A DNA stretch of 63,559 nucleotides, filler included, from Sphacelaria rigidula (lineage: Eukaryota), in NCBI GenBank assembly GCA_964200075.2. It is 11 parts of 11 records of this genome, joined end to end, with 100 filler letters (N's around TTAATTAATTAA, not from the genome) between each part and the next. Parts side by side here need not be neighbours in the genome. Positions count along the whole stretch, not along the records: positions 1 to 5,688 come from CAXNAA020025239.1; positions 5,789 to 11,476 come from CAXNAA020025240.1; positions 11,577 to 17,263 come from CAXNAA020025241.1; 8 more parts are not named here. One strand, written 5' to 3'. The position numbers and the translations under genes were made by a program. Positions 1-12,356 of this stretch are shown piece by piece. The notes beneath the pieces are model-generated. The model had not been told where the DNA came from and made no database searches. It worked only from the letters and a program-made list of their open reading frames with translations. How positions within the stretch are numbered: position 1 is the stretch's first letter; each line of letters opens with the position of its first letter.

Positions 1-1254
1 TTTTAATCCTCCGGGTTCTCATCCTCAATCAATAGCACCATCCTCAATATAGATGATTGGCTGTTTGCAATACAGAAACCAACTGTGGGAACCCAGAAAT
101 CCGGAGGAGCATAGCCTGATCGTCATGCATCAAGATTTTTAATAATCTTCCGACAGCTGATGACAAAAAACGATACCCTGCGTTCAACGGCCACACTCTC
201 CTCCTGCTGCTCCTCTTATTTATAATGCTACATCATCAATAATTAGTAGTAGTAACCTGCCGCAGCAGCTATATATATATACTGTATGTGTGTAATATGC
301 TGTATGTAATCATTGGTGACTTGGTTCGCCTATACTCAGTTCAAGTAAATTATTGTTGCCTCGCTGTGCCAAGGTCAAGGGACTTGTTTCACCCTAAAAA
401 AAAGTATCCCAGATCAAGTGAGTCGTCTCGTATGGGAATGAGTGTAAAAATCGGATTTGAAGGAAAAGGAACCCACCCGCCCCCTTCTCACCGGGCAGGA
501 CCAAATGAAATACAAATATAGTACGAATGGTGCCCTTGGTAGTAGTAATAATGATATTTTTGATCTGGGTGATTTTTACCGAACTCAAAGATCGTGCAAG
601 GGTGACGCACATTCCACACGACACTGGCGACAATCTCTGGCGCTCGTGGTGCTCCGCTATACCCTGCCAAACTTATTGCAAGTACCTGATAATTATGTAG
701 ACCGTTTTTTGCTATGAGTCACGCACAGCAACTAATTTGAACAGTAAAATGACGGTAGAGTAAAAATTACTAAAATAATTGAACAGTCCAAGCGTGTCCG
801 TTCACATCGTAATCTTGGATAATGACACATTTACAACAATCAGTAAATCAATTATATATTGATTTTAGTGAGAGCGAGGAAGTGTACTATCTGTTGACTG
901 CTGCTTCATTGCAGTAGCTCTCAAATCAGTCACCCTGACAGCATACAGTAACAGGGCAGTGGATGTGTCCGCACGCCTGCGGGCTGTTCAACTACCGTGT
1001 GCTTCCCTCATTCCGGGGGGAGACCGCGTGGCCTACTGGCCTCCTGAAGGTGCCGGCTCTGTAGAATCCCTGGTTTTGGGGCTGTTTAAAAACAGAAGCG
1101 AACTCGCTTGTCAACGGGACTTGCAGGCTTACAGCTCCCGCAGCTGCCGTACTGTGTCCATCTTCAGTCTGTAGCAGGACAAGGTCTGAAGGCACGCTAA
1201 AATTGGTTGCTCCATTTCGACTTTGGGCGGGTAGGGCGGCGGCGGCGGTAGATC

Positions 1255-3420
1255 ATGCCCCCGATCCGTGCAGAGCATGGTCTATCCTGGCGAAAAAGCA
1301 ACGGAAATGTGTCCGGCTCCTCCGGCATGGGCGACGGCGGCGGGGAAGAGCGTGCCAAACAACCGAGGCGTGCCAGCGGAGTTTCAAGACGTCACAGTCC
1401 CAGCCCCTCCCGTACCCCGAGTCCTAACAACCAACAAGTACCCTCGGTGACCGGCATGCCCGTACATGTTGCTGGGCATGGGCACGTCTTTGGGCATAGT
1501 GGCACCCGCCGCAGCCCATCTTCGAAGGTCTCAGGGAACAGTGCCAACGGCAGTGCGCGCGTGGGGGCAGGGGTAGGAGGGAGCGCGGGGGGTGCAGTAT
1601 TTGGCGCCGATGGTGGCGGATCTTCTTCCCGCGAAAAACGACGAGGTAGCCCAGATTCGGCACGCAAGGGCTATGTTCATGTTGGAGGGCACGCGTCGCA
1701 GCGAACGCTCGGCGGCAAGAGCCCTGCGTTCAGCCCACCGCTCAAGTCTTCTTCTGCAAGAGGCTCTTCCTCCAATGGGGTTTCGTCGTCATGGGGGGTG
1801 TCTTCGCCCACGGCCGGGATTGGGATGGCCGCCGCTAGTCGAGGGCATTCCTCCCCGAACTCGCTTGGCAGGGACAGGAGGGAAGAAAAAAATGAAGGGC
1901 AACCCTTGATGGCGCCACCGCTTCCCGCTGCCTTGTCTGCTGCTGCCGGCCTGGGATCGATGTCTGCTGCCGCCGCTGCCGCTGCCGCCGCCGCGGTTGC
2001 TGCTGCTGATGCTGTGAACGGTATCGGAGGATTCGTCATGAGGCCGCAAGAGGCAGAGGCGAGAGAAATGACCCCGCTTGATCGTGTGTTCCTGGAGCAG
2101 CCCCACGAGGGAAGGAAGGACGTGGAGGATGATGATCTGCATCTTTGTAACGAGATACAGCGGCATTTGCAGTCGAGGGTGCAGTCCCAGCTCATGGAGG
2201 CTACTAATCGCAATGCGTCCGCCGTAAGCGGCCTTGCTGGCGGCGGTTTGGGAGCAGGAGCCGGAGGGGGAGGGGGTCGAGGGTCGGGTGGCGGAGGAGG
2301 GGGCAATGTATCCAGCGCGCGATCTAGGGCGATCAACCACTTCGGAGCGGGTGTACAGCAGTCGATGAACATCGGAGTGTCGGGCTCGCCCGCCTTTGTT
2401 GATCAAGAGATAGAGCTTATCAACGAGGACCGCGGCTGCTTTTCGCCAGATTCCGTACTTACTGGTGTGGGTAGCGATCCTAGCGCGTTCATCACGGCCG
2501 CACCGCACGCCCGACGCGGAGGCGGCGGTGGCATCAACAACAGTGGCAGTGCCGGTGCTGGCGGCGTAAACACGCAACCGGCCTCCGGTACGGTGCCCAC
2601 CGGATACGCTCCACCTGTGTCTATGAACATCGGAGGCGGGGCCGACCTGCTCGATGATCCGGACAACGTCGGCTCGGCGGGTGTGCCTCCTGTCTCTCCG
2701 TCTAGCGGCGGTGGTCCGGCTCAAGGATTTGTGCTGGACTCGGTGGGCAGCTCGGTCGACTTTCTCCTGGATTCGAACGACTCGGCGCCCGGCCGGGGCG
2801 GCGGCGGCGCTCGAGAAGCTTCCCGGATAGGTTCTGAAGGGGACGTGCAGATGGGCGAGGCGTCGGACGACGGGCAGCTGCGGAAGGTGGTGAACGGGTT
2901 GGACGCGATGGATCTCGACGACGTAGAAAACGCCCTCGCCCTGCTCACGGCACAGAAGCAAAGGATCATCGCCAAGCAGCATGCCGGCGCTGCAGCGGCG
3001 GCGGCTGCTCACGCCGAAGCGCAAGCCGTCGCGACCCTCGTGCCGCCGCAACCACCACCAGCACTATCCAGCAACGGCAGCTGCGGAGGCGCCAACGGGG
3101 GGACAAGTTCGTCGAGTAGCCGAACCGGGGGCGGTGGCGGAAAGCAGAGGCGGTTCAGCGGGCGGAGCCGGCACAGCGGGGGCGACGGGCACTCGCCGTC
3201 GGCGGGGGGAAGGTTTGAAGCGTTCGGGGGCTCCGGTGGCGGTGTTCGAGGTGCTCCCGTTTTTTCCCGAGCGCCGCGGGGGCAAGGGCGGCCGCCGCCG
3301 GTGCCGGGGCACTTGTCGGCGTCGACGGCGGCCATGCGGCGTAGCTCTCCCGGGGATATTGCCAGTCTAGCGGAGCTGGATAGTTATTTGGAACACCATC
3401 ATCGACGACTCGTAGAACAG
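1255..3420 (+). CDS. Large coding exon of an unknown G/S/A-rich low-complexity protein (partial gene)
   Basis: The frame is open for 728 codons and is GC-rich relative to its flanks. There is an in-frame stop at 1198-1200 upstream of ATG 1255, and a probable donor CAG|GTGTGG at 3420/3421. Short helical islands (DLHLCNEIQRHLQSRVQSQL; SLAELDSYLEHHHRRLVEQ) are present but I recognise no family. Confidence 0.75.
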
Positions 3421-5516
3421 GTGTGGGTTTATTTGGAATAGGCGTTATTGTTCAGCGTTTATATAAACACACAAATATATGTTTCGCTTCCCCACTGGTT
3501 GTCGGTGTGTTCAAGTCGGCGACCACGAGGGCAAGGCTTTTGCTGTGCCAAGTCCTGACCCCCTGTTGTATTGAAGTGTTGTATTGAGGGGTATCGCCGC
3601 TCGAGGTGTCCTTTTCGCAGACGAAATATTGATTTATGCAAGTTGGAAAGGCACCGCAGGCTAACGCCTCAAGTCAGGAAGTTGCCAAGCTGGTCTGTAA
3701 TATAAAAACTGTGGACGGGTCCAATGTTGACCCTTTGGTGCAATCACGAACTCCCTTCGCTTCAAAACGCGGCGTGCGGCAATCTCGTTCGATCTAGGCT
3801 TGGCATTACGCAGTGCAAAAAAGGTAAAACGTACTCTAAAGCACTTGTACGAATTAACAAGTGCCATGTTTTCATTTTCAGTCAAGTGTAGTTTTGTTTA
3901 GTCTTAGCACGGACATGAGAAGTGTTCATGTCTCGCTCCTGCACAGCTCATAGGTGAGAGTTCATGGTTTGATATTGCAGCATGGCCAAATAGTGCGTTC
4001 CCGATGGATGTGCTGCAACCTGCCTCCACAGTCTTTCTGGTTTTGTTTTTTCTTTTCTGCATGTTCGTTATTTTGCACGACTGTCCTTCTTGCCTCAAGC
4101 AAGCTACCAATCCATCAGCTAATCATGAAGAGCCGTCATTGATAATCGATCCTAGTGCAGGTGGTACAGAAACGCTGAAGCTCGTTTGTCTCACCCATCT
4201 GTTGCGACTCAGCGTAGAGTGAATCCCCGAAATTCCTGACCTTATACTGCGGGTCGTCCCAGCGCTCGGGAAAAATCACGTATGCGGCATATGTGTCGAA
4301 AGTATCTTGTTTGTGCAAGAGTTGGGGCAGCTTCTACCGCTGTTACGTTTTGCTGTATGCAACATGTCCATTGTTGGAACCTTGAACCTCCCGGCGCTAG
4401 AGTCATCGTCGGGGATTTTATTCTCTGACGAGCTTGAAACACCTTCAAGATCAAATCATGCTGGTGCCATCGTTATACTCGCCACTGTATCGCTTCTGCC
4501 CCCCTACCGCTCTATTCCGTTCTTTCACTTCGAAAAAAAAAGTACAACGCAGTACGGCAGATGGTCGGACGCTTGGAGCAACGTAGTATTTCAGCATATT
4601 TCCTTTTGCCCTTTCAATCGAAGAACGTATAGCTGGGTATATAAGTACGGCAGACAGTCAGGCGCGAAACAAGAAGAAGAGTGGGTATATGGTGGTGGTG
4701 GTGGTGTTTTTTGTTGTTATTGCTGCCCCCTTTCTTTCCTTTCTGAGGCCGTTGCTTCTGTCGTTTTTCTGTTCCTTTTTATTTTATTTATTATTCTGTT
4801 CTATTTTTGCTGCTCCTGACCACGGGTTGGATTGTTGCAATCAGCTAATGTGAGATAATCAATCAATCAATCAATACAGATTCTTTCACGTTCATCACCC
4901 AATATTGTGTCATCAGCAACTGCCCTTCGCAATACCTACCCAGTAGTTGCATACATGTCAACACACCGACCGCCATGGACAGCTGAAGAGCGTGACAGCC
5001 GGATTTGTGTTGAAGGCCAAAGTGTTAGCTTAGCGCTTAGCACCCGTCATATTGTTTCGAGATCGAAATTGCGAACTCCAAGCCCAATTTTCACCCAATC
5101 TCCACATGCTTCAAATTTTGATGATCGCCATCAGCTCGGGAATCTTACGGAAAATATGTATGTGTGAACACGGTGACTACGGGGGTCGAATTATACCCCA
5201 AACCGTGATGTTTCTGTGATGGAGGTTCTGGCGTCGTCTAATGTCCACTCATGATACGAATGAAACACCCAGGGAGCCTCGTGATGGTTTACCTTATATC
5301 TGCTGTAAAGAAGCTCCGATCGTCCCCAAACTTGGCTTTTCCGTAGGTATTGATGCTCGGGCCGGATGTTATGGCACACAGATTTTTAGCCCACGGATTG
5401 TTCACGTCTATGACGTTTGACCCACTTTTTGACCCCCAAGCAGAGAAAATCGCCAACACACGTCTGGGACTCTTTGCATCACCCCATAGAGAGGAGAGCT
5501 TAGCCCACTTTTCAGA

Positions 5517-5688
5517 TTCGCTTGGCTCCAAGGTTTCAAGAGTGGCCGCTGAACAATAATCCGTGTGCAATAAAATCTAAGGCGATGCCCACAGATTATT
5601 GGGCAAAGTGGCGGGGGTCGGCAGGCACAGATTATTGCACACGGATTATTGTTCAGCGGCCACTCTCGAAACCTTGGAGCCAAGCGAA
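5517..5688. repeat. Near-perfect inverted repeat (57-bp arms) cut by the contig end
   Basis: 5517-5573 matches the reverse complement of 5632-5688 with 1 mismatch. CACAGATTATTG sub-repeats lie in the spacer and at its junction with the right arm. Confidence 0.9.
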
Positions 5689-5788
5689 NNNNNNNNNNNN
5701 NNNNNNNNNNNNNNNNNNNNNNNNNNNNNNNNTTAATTAATTAANNNNNNNNNNNNNNNNNNNNNNNNNNNNNNNNNNNNNNNNNNNN
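5689..5788. other. Artificial contig spacer (N44-TTAATTAATTAA-N44), first of 10
   Basis: Identical 100-nt spacers start at 5689, 11477, 17264, 23051, 28838, 34625, 40412, 46199, 51986 and 57773. The intervening contigs are all 5687-5688 bp, as expected for length-sorted concatenation. TTAATTAATTAA gives stops in all six frames. Confidence 0.98.
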
Positions 5789-5815
5789 CCCCTTCCCCCA
5801 CCCCGCTTCACTTTC

Positions 5816-5859
5816 ACAAATGACTAAGGCACGCAACAAATGAGTACGCCCCCCCCCCC
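5816..5859 (+). mobile_element. Poly(C)-tailed LINE 3'-end fragment (family A)
   Basis: AAATGACTAAGGCACGCAACAAATGAGTACG followed by C11, matching the 3' end of the LINE at 38824-39335. Confidence 0.85.
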
Positions 5860-5877
5860 TCCTCACTTTCTGCCATT

Positions 5878-6449
5878 AGCCTGGCCCGGCAAGAACTCAG
5901 CGTGCTCCGTTCCGGCTTTGTAGGGACGACCCCCTATGGGGTTGGTGTGGATTGGGCAATGACGCTGTAAAACACGCCTCTCACTGCGTAAGCTAGGCAA
6001 CCAGGTTCCCGGATATTTGTCACGCTCTTGCGTATTTTTTTGCGGTGATCATAATGGTGGTCGAGCTATAACATTTTGTGCGGGGTGAGAGAACCTCAAT
6101 TCCGCGCAAAGGGGATGGCAATACTATGTACTGTTTACGTGGTGAGACACGCATGAGGTAGTGTGTAAGCCGTGGCTGTCTCTGGAAGTGGCGATACCAG
6201 AAAAAGAAGCAATTCATTGTAGACTGTCACCCAAACACAAGATAATCAGTACGCTTCGGGGCGAACAATCTTAGCAGGATGTAGCTCACCCTTCATGCGA
6301 CTCGCCGAACACATCACGGCGCTTCGCGCTCGGTCATTGATTGCGAGCCTGATCCGGCGAACATCCGGCGTGGCCCGTCCCGACTTTGTATGGGTGCGAG
6401 GTCGATGATCAGATGACTACGGCATGAAAGATCATGAGTACACCCCCCC
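5878..6449 (+). mobile_element. Non-coding poly(C)-tailed SINE-like element (family B) placed just after the family A tail
   Basis: Aligns with 34132-34624, 38492-38820(-), 46299-46390, 49443-49610 and 52086-52160(-). It ends ...GATCATGAGTACA-C7 and has an internal ~48-bp direct repeat (5880-5927 / 6346-6395). No long ORF. Confidence 0.85.
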
Positions 6450-7367
6450 GCGCGCCTCCCCCCACCAAGATAAAAAAACACAAAGCCATGGGTCGTCTTG
6501 AGCTCCGGCGCCTGCGGGTCTAATGAGTCGAATTGACAACAAATGTCAAGTGTGGCGTATCGACGTGATGAAATGATATCATCTCCATTTCAAGTAAACC
6601 ATGTACGGTTGGCGACGGTGTGTAAGACCCCCCGGTGATACATTTTGGTGTCCGAAAAGTCATTATCCGCGGGTGTTTTATTAACGAGGGTGATATTCTA
6701 CTTACCTCAGTGCGGTACTATACATAACAAAATAACGCCAAAGGTAGCCGAAACATCGTTATTGTCCTTGGTGCTTTTTCACGGAGGGGTGGTGTAGTAC
6801 GTGCCGTTGACAGCACCGTTGTCTACGATGTGAATGTCGACACTTTCGGGATAGCACGAGTCTCATATCCTGTTGGTCTGATTCTTTTTGTGAGAACATC
6901 GAACCCTTGAGTTTCAATTGTAGCCTCTCTCATCCACCTCGCCTACAATAATCACGCCTTCCTCCTTGGCTTGTATGACACTGCTGACGTGGCGCTTTTT
7001 GTTTTTGCTTTTTGTCCCGAAAAATTCGGAGAAAGGTACACTTCCGGGCTGTGACGATGGTGTATGACCTGTTGGACTGATTGATATATCGGTTTTGAGG
7101 TGTGAAGAAACAATGAAGACTTCGGACCGATGTGCTCTTGAATTTAGAAGGATGTGTTGCGAAGAGAACGAGGCAAATATTTTTTGTTTACAACTGATGT
7201 TGTGTGTTTTTGGTGAAAAAACCCAAGCTTTTTTGGACTCACGCAATGTTGGTGAGAAACAACACTTTCTCATCGACCACTGTTTTCTCCGCCTGTGTCT
7301 CCGTCGTTACCGCCGTGGTCGCTTTGCGTGACATGTGCACAACATGGCTTGTATTTCGGTGGTGCAG

Positions 7368-7475
7368 ATCGATTTGACGGCTACGAAGGATGATCCTGCT
7401 GTGATGAAGATGCTGGAGAACGAATGCAACACGATGATGGCGCTGTCCCATCCCAACATTGTCCGTCTTCAAGAG
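7368..7475 (+). CDS. Ser/Thr protein kinase (CAMK/CDPK-like), exon with subdomains III-IV
   Basis: CAG|...|GT, phase 0. Encodes IDLTATKDDPAVMKMLENECNTMMALSHPNIVRLQE (alphaC Glu, HPNIV motif). Confidence 0.9.
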
Positions 7476-9522
7476 GTTGGTTCTTTTTTTAGTATTGGTG
7501 TTTTCTTGTCGCCTTCCATTTCCTCTTCATCTCTTTTTTTTCTTCTGATTTTCCCTCCCTGTCTGTTCGTTTCCCCGGTTCTTCTCCCATCTTTTTTAGC
7601 TTTTCAACTTTACGACCGTACTCCCCTGCTCCTGTCAGCACGGTCGTATTTACCACGTAGTGCTGCTTACACACCACAGGATGGTCTGTACACGGCTACA
7701 CGCAGTCGTTCGGATGTATACTTGATACGCGACGAATCAGGGTGCCCAGCGTGCGTTCGATTCCCAGAGCCCCAGAGCGTACCATGCAGCTCCACCGTGT
7801 TGTGCGCCCTCTATTTACGAGACCGTGGTGAACACAAACACTTTATTACGTGTATTTTGGTGTGTTGGGGTGCCACGACGGTAGACCCGCCTGATCCTCT
7901 GACTTTGTTTGGGTCATCAGGGCTGCAGACCTCTGTGAAGCGAGAGCGCTCAGCACTGCACTGAGCGCTGACACTTTAATAGCTGCCAGAGCCGCCGTAT
8001 TCCGTATGCTTTGGGGATGAACTCTCAGCGAATTGATTGCAATGTACACAAATTCCAGAGTCTGCGTTTTCACGGTAACTCACGCCTACGGCCTTTTACC
8101 CGATGGGGCCGTGAAGTGGCCATGATACATGACCCACTTACTTTTTCGTCGTTGCGTCTTCTCCGAAGAACGGTCGTTTCGGAGTATAGAATGAAGTGCG
8201 GCTTGCAAAGCTCTCCACGCGGGGAAGCAGCGGCATCTCATGCTTTTTGTCTTGTAGCAATCCTTGATGCAGAATCGAATACCGGGCCCTGCTTGAGTGA
8301 TGATTGACTGACTGTCACACTTTAACTGACCCCCCCAGGGATCCGCTCGTGGTCACATGATACCTGTGTGTTCGTCTTTGCTTGTCGGCTCTCAGACCGT
8401 GAGCAGGGTGTATAAAAGGCGGTATGAAAAGAAAAGTGCCGAAAACGAAGAGACGTCAAGAAAGGAAGCCAGTCTATCATGCTGTGCTGCGGCGGGCACG
8501 AAAGTGTGTGTATGTGACGAAACGCTCTCTATTTGCACCCGTACATGGAAGTGACCATTCGTGTTTTACCCTTGGAGCAGCTGCCCTATTTTTGTTTCGC
8601 AGTGCGCGTGCGGGGGTAGAAAAGCTTGTGCGCGTGTGCGCCAGATCTACAGTACCTCCCACGCATGTTGTTTTTCATCATACATATTATGTTATGATTG
8701 CAAGATGGTCAAAGATAGCTGAGGCTTCATCTGCGTCCGTGGCCTTATTTTTTGTCCGGCATCGGCATCTTTCTTGAAGCCCTGGTCGACACGTTATTTT
8801 GTTTTGTCTGCGGATCAGTACCCAGTTTTTAGCCTTGCGTTGCTTCGCCGTTCTGTTCTGTGTATTCTTGTCCTTCATTTGTAATTCTGGCTTCCTTTTC
8901 ATCGGCTTCCTCCCGCGATTGCTTCTGTCTCCGTTTTTTTGCACCTTTGATATGTATGTTTTCGTAGCCGCCATTGAAATCGTACCGACTCGGTTAATGT
9001 GTGGCAATCAATGAACCAATTCAGCAATGAACAAATGGGGGAGGCACCGAGGGTTGCAGATGTTGAGAGTCCGGTCGCGGTTCACCGTACTGCGTACAGC
9101 ACCTGCTCTCTGCACTCACCATTGATGCCGTACATTGTTGTATATATTCAAGGTCCGTTCTCCTCACCAGCGAATAGGTGTTTCGAGTTCTGGCTTACGT
9201 TTTTGCACGTCACTCATCACGTTGAGATCTTGACCACGTCGGCAGGTTGTGGCTTCATTACTAGGATCGTATGCCGTAGGCTTTGTGTCGTTGTGTGGAG
9301 TACGTGAAGAGCAGATGGATATCCTCGGTCCTGACGTGCACCCCCCTCCGATCCTACGGAGTATGTGATTCCCCCAAACTCTTGACTGTTTCGCACCGCA
9401 ACTGTGCAAAGCTACGATATCCGCGCGCTCGTTTATTGCAGTTGTTGTTCATATATGAATTTGTTGTTTCAATTCGTGTGCGATATTTATTTGTCGTTGT
9501 ACTGTACTGTACCATACTGCAG

Positions 9523-9693
9523 GTCTACAGGCCGACGTCTGGGGATGCGATGTACCTGGTTCTCGATCGGTTGGAAGGGGGGAGCGTGGAAGGTCTGTGG
9601 CGCGAGCAGGGAAAGTTGAGCGAGGATCACGCGGCCCACATCATGCTGCAGGTCGTGTCGGCTGTGCATTACTGTCACCAGCGAAATATTGCG
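9523..9693 (+). CDS. Ser/Thr protein kinase (CAMK/CDPK-like), exon with subdomains V-VIa; GC donor
   Basis: Encodes VYRPTSGDAMYLVLDRLEGGSV...AVHYCHQRNIA. The donor G|GCAAGT at 9694 joins in frame to HRDLK. Confidence 0.9.
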
Positions 9694-10810
9694 GCAAGTA
9701 TACTCAAGAAAATAATACGCCACGTACAAGAGTAATATAGCACAGATAAGTTGTAAGGCCTGATGACTCCCTGCAGTATTTGCAGACTGAATTTTTTTAA
9801 TTTTCATGAATAAAATCGCTCGAAACTTACTTTCGCAGCTCTTGTTCCCTCCGCGGTGCCTTGTTAAAGCGTTACGGTCCAAGTTCACACTTCACCCAGA
9901 GATATCTCGACTGTATTCCAGCAGAGGAGCACCAAACAAGGGTATTCTCCTGCAGCGGATTACACAGCCTGTTTTTTTGTTGTTGTAACACGGAACAGTA
10001 GCGGATTCGTTCGTGTTTTTTGTGATTACTTCGTATCATGCTTGTGTGATCATACTTGTAAACCCTTGTAAATCCCTCCGCTGCCAGACCCCCCACCCCC
10101 CCCGCCACAGGACGAGTGGGTAGTCCCATGGGATTGTGCCATGTCTCCGCCGATCCTTGTCTCTTGAATCAGCATCCCAACAGACCGACGAGTTTGGTGG
10201 AAATTATCGCTGTTTCCTTATTTTTTCTGTCGGCGGGAACCAGGAACAATGATTCGAAGATCTTGTACTGTTGGGTTTCGAACCCATGATCGTCGCCGTC
10301 TTATCCTGAGAGGTGGGACGACGTTTCGGGGGAGGCGGGAAGGGAAGAGAAGACAGCGACCAAACCAGATCTTCTTGGGAAAGGGAAGCGATCAGTTTTC
10401 TAGATCTCTCATTCTGTTGCTATCCGCGTGCTGTGCTCTGTTGGTCCTTTTGCTTTAGAAGCCAATTCGTGCTTTGCTTCGCGTTCTTCATCGTGACCTG
10501 ACGATATACAATGAAAGGTCACTATCAGTCAATTGTACATGTTCTTCATGCGTTTTTTTTGTGTTTTGCTAATGAATCGATTTTACCAAAAATGATAGTC
10601 ACACGTACGCCCTAGGATTGAAGACCTCATGCTTTCGGTCTTTTTGTCGCCAAGATTCCAGTTTGACGACGTATCGCTTAGACATACTGCCTAATGCCTA
10701 GAACTCGAGGCGTGAGATTGTTTGTTCAATTGTACAGGTACTCAGTCCCAAACGCTACCCCCCCCTGTTGTTTCTCCCTTCTGTAATGTATCTTGGGCAA
10801 AACCGATCAG

Positions 10811-10960
10811 CATCGGGACCTCAAGATGGAAAACAGTGTTTTCGAGGACGCATCACTTGTCCCCATCGTTAAGATCATCGATTTCGGGCTGTGCGCCGAG
10901 CTCAAGAAGGGCGTGACATCCAGGTCTTTCGTGGGTACCGTCCTCTACACAGCACCAGAG
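10811..10960 (+). CDS. Ser/Thr protein kinase (CAMK/CDPK-like), exon with subdomains VIb-VIII
   Basis: Encodes HRDLKMEN...KIIDFGL...FVGTVLYTAPE, with CAG| acceptor and |GTAACG donor. Confidence 0.95.
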
Positions 10961-11576
10961 GTAACGGGGTCCGCTGATTCCGCTGTGGTGGGGTCCCTGT
11001 CGTCTTGGGGTTGCGAGGTGTCGGCGCGTAGCAATGTCGGGGACAGGCATACAACCCGAGGCCGTGTAGATGTAGTCACTTTCAGTCACTTTTTTTTCCA
11101 ACTGAAACATTTAAAGGCCTTGATATGAATGTACAAAAGCTTCTGCGGCAGATATTCTGGACAAGTCTTCAGTCAAGAGGGATTCACCCCTCAGGAATCG
11201 ATGCGACTTTCCCCCGGCACCGTGTGTGAATCTGGCTTACGCCAAGAAAAACCACCACACTCAAATTCACGCCATTTTTTTCGGAGAAGGTAGCTCTGGC
11301 GACCGCGGCACTGTGGGGTCGTGTAAGCATGTGCGTATACAATCGAGCATATTTCCGCAGTTTTGAGAGACACAGAGCCATCGTACGCATATACATTTGC
11401 GACATGTTGTTCGTGATGTTAAATGGACGAACACTTCATGTGTGAGCCATGCTACGATAGAGAGGAGGGGGGGGGGNNNNNNNNNNNNNNNNNNNNNNNN
11501 NNNNNNNNNNNNNNNNNNNNTTAATTAATTAANNNNNNNNNNNNNNNNNNNNNNNNNNNNNNNNNNNNNNNNNNNN

Positions 11577-11640
11577 TACTCATTTGTTGCTTGCCTTAGT
11601 CATTTGACCATTGACCACGCATCCCTTTCGAGACGGAGCA
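11577..11640 (-). mobile_element. Family A LINE 3'-end fragment (tail lost at contig break)
   Basis: Reverse complement reads TGCTCCGTCTCGAAAGGGATGCGTGGTCAATGGTCAAATGACTAAGGCAAGCAACAAATGAGTA. Confidence 0.9.
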
Positions 11641-12254
11641 TCATTCCATGGGGATGAAAATATGCAAATTCGTACCCAAGTAATGGTGGCATATACTGAT
11701 CTAAATAATTAATTGCATTGTTAAGGTTTTCTCATCTTACACAGCAATAACAGTTAACACGGCGGGTTCACATTTGCCACCACTAGGTAGCCTTGCGCCG
11801 TCACACGTTGTTGTGCAACTACATATTTACAAAATTCCAGCCTCTAGGTTCTAAAATCGTATGTCTTTCACGCTGTCGATGACTGTGGACTTAAATAATG
11901 TGGCCGACCTCGTTAAGAAATGCAACAGCTCGAGGGCGTAGATCTGGTAATGCTTCCAAGACGTTTGGGTCCTTCATCACGTCGTAACGTCACGTGACTC
12001 CGACGCATATCATCACGCGGTTGCTCTCGTCATTCGAAATAAGCTGGAAGCGGCGCTGGGTTGCGAAAACATACACAAGCGTGGTCAGGCGGTCGGCAGC
12101 GTACACACACCATGCTCCGTACTGTACAGTTATCTTTAAAGTGGTAGGCAACTGGCGCAGACCGGTGTCGTCTCGTGACGGAAGACGCGGGGTTCACGAC
12201 GTACGATACAATCCAATTTGCAGCTCGGATACAGCTAGAGTAATGTGGACTCAC

Positions 12255-12356
12255 CGTGCTTTGATGTCCATGCACGCCTTTGCCTCGAGAGTGTTGCTGA
12301 GCTCGTCAACCACTATGGTTTGGGGAGTGTGATTCTGGAGAGCTTCAATCATGACC
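12255..12356 (-). CDS. Ycf45/SpoIIIAA-like ATPase exon (Walker B)
   Basis: Encodes VMIEALQNHTPQTIVVDELSNTLEAKACMDIKAR. Donor CG|GTGAGT; the next exon is not found in this contig. Confidence 0.93.

Noticed and set aside
1392..3335. Long overlapping antisense ORFs (e.g. 1789-3051, 1677-2372)
   Set aside because: These are shadow ORFs of a GC-rich coding exon.
11909..12043. AG/GT-bounded 135-nt minus-strand frame with one in-frame TGA (LISNDESNRVMICVGVT*RYDVMKDPNVLEALPDLRPRAVAFLNE), considered as a selenoprotein exon
   Set aside because: It is out of phase with the preceding Ycf45-like exon, has no redox motif and no SECIS evidence. Chance or a pseudo-exon is more likely.
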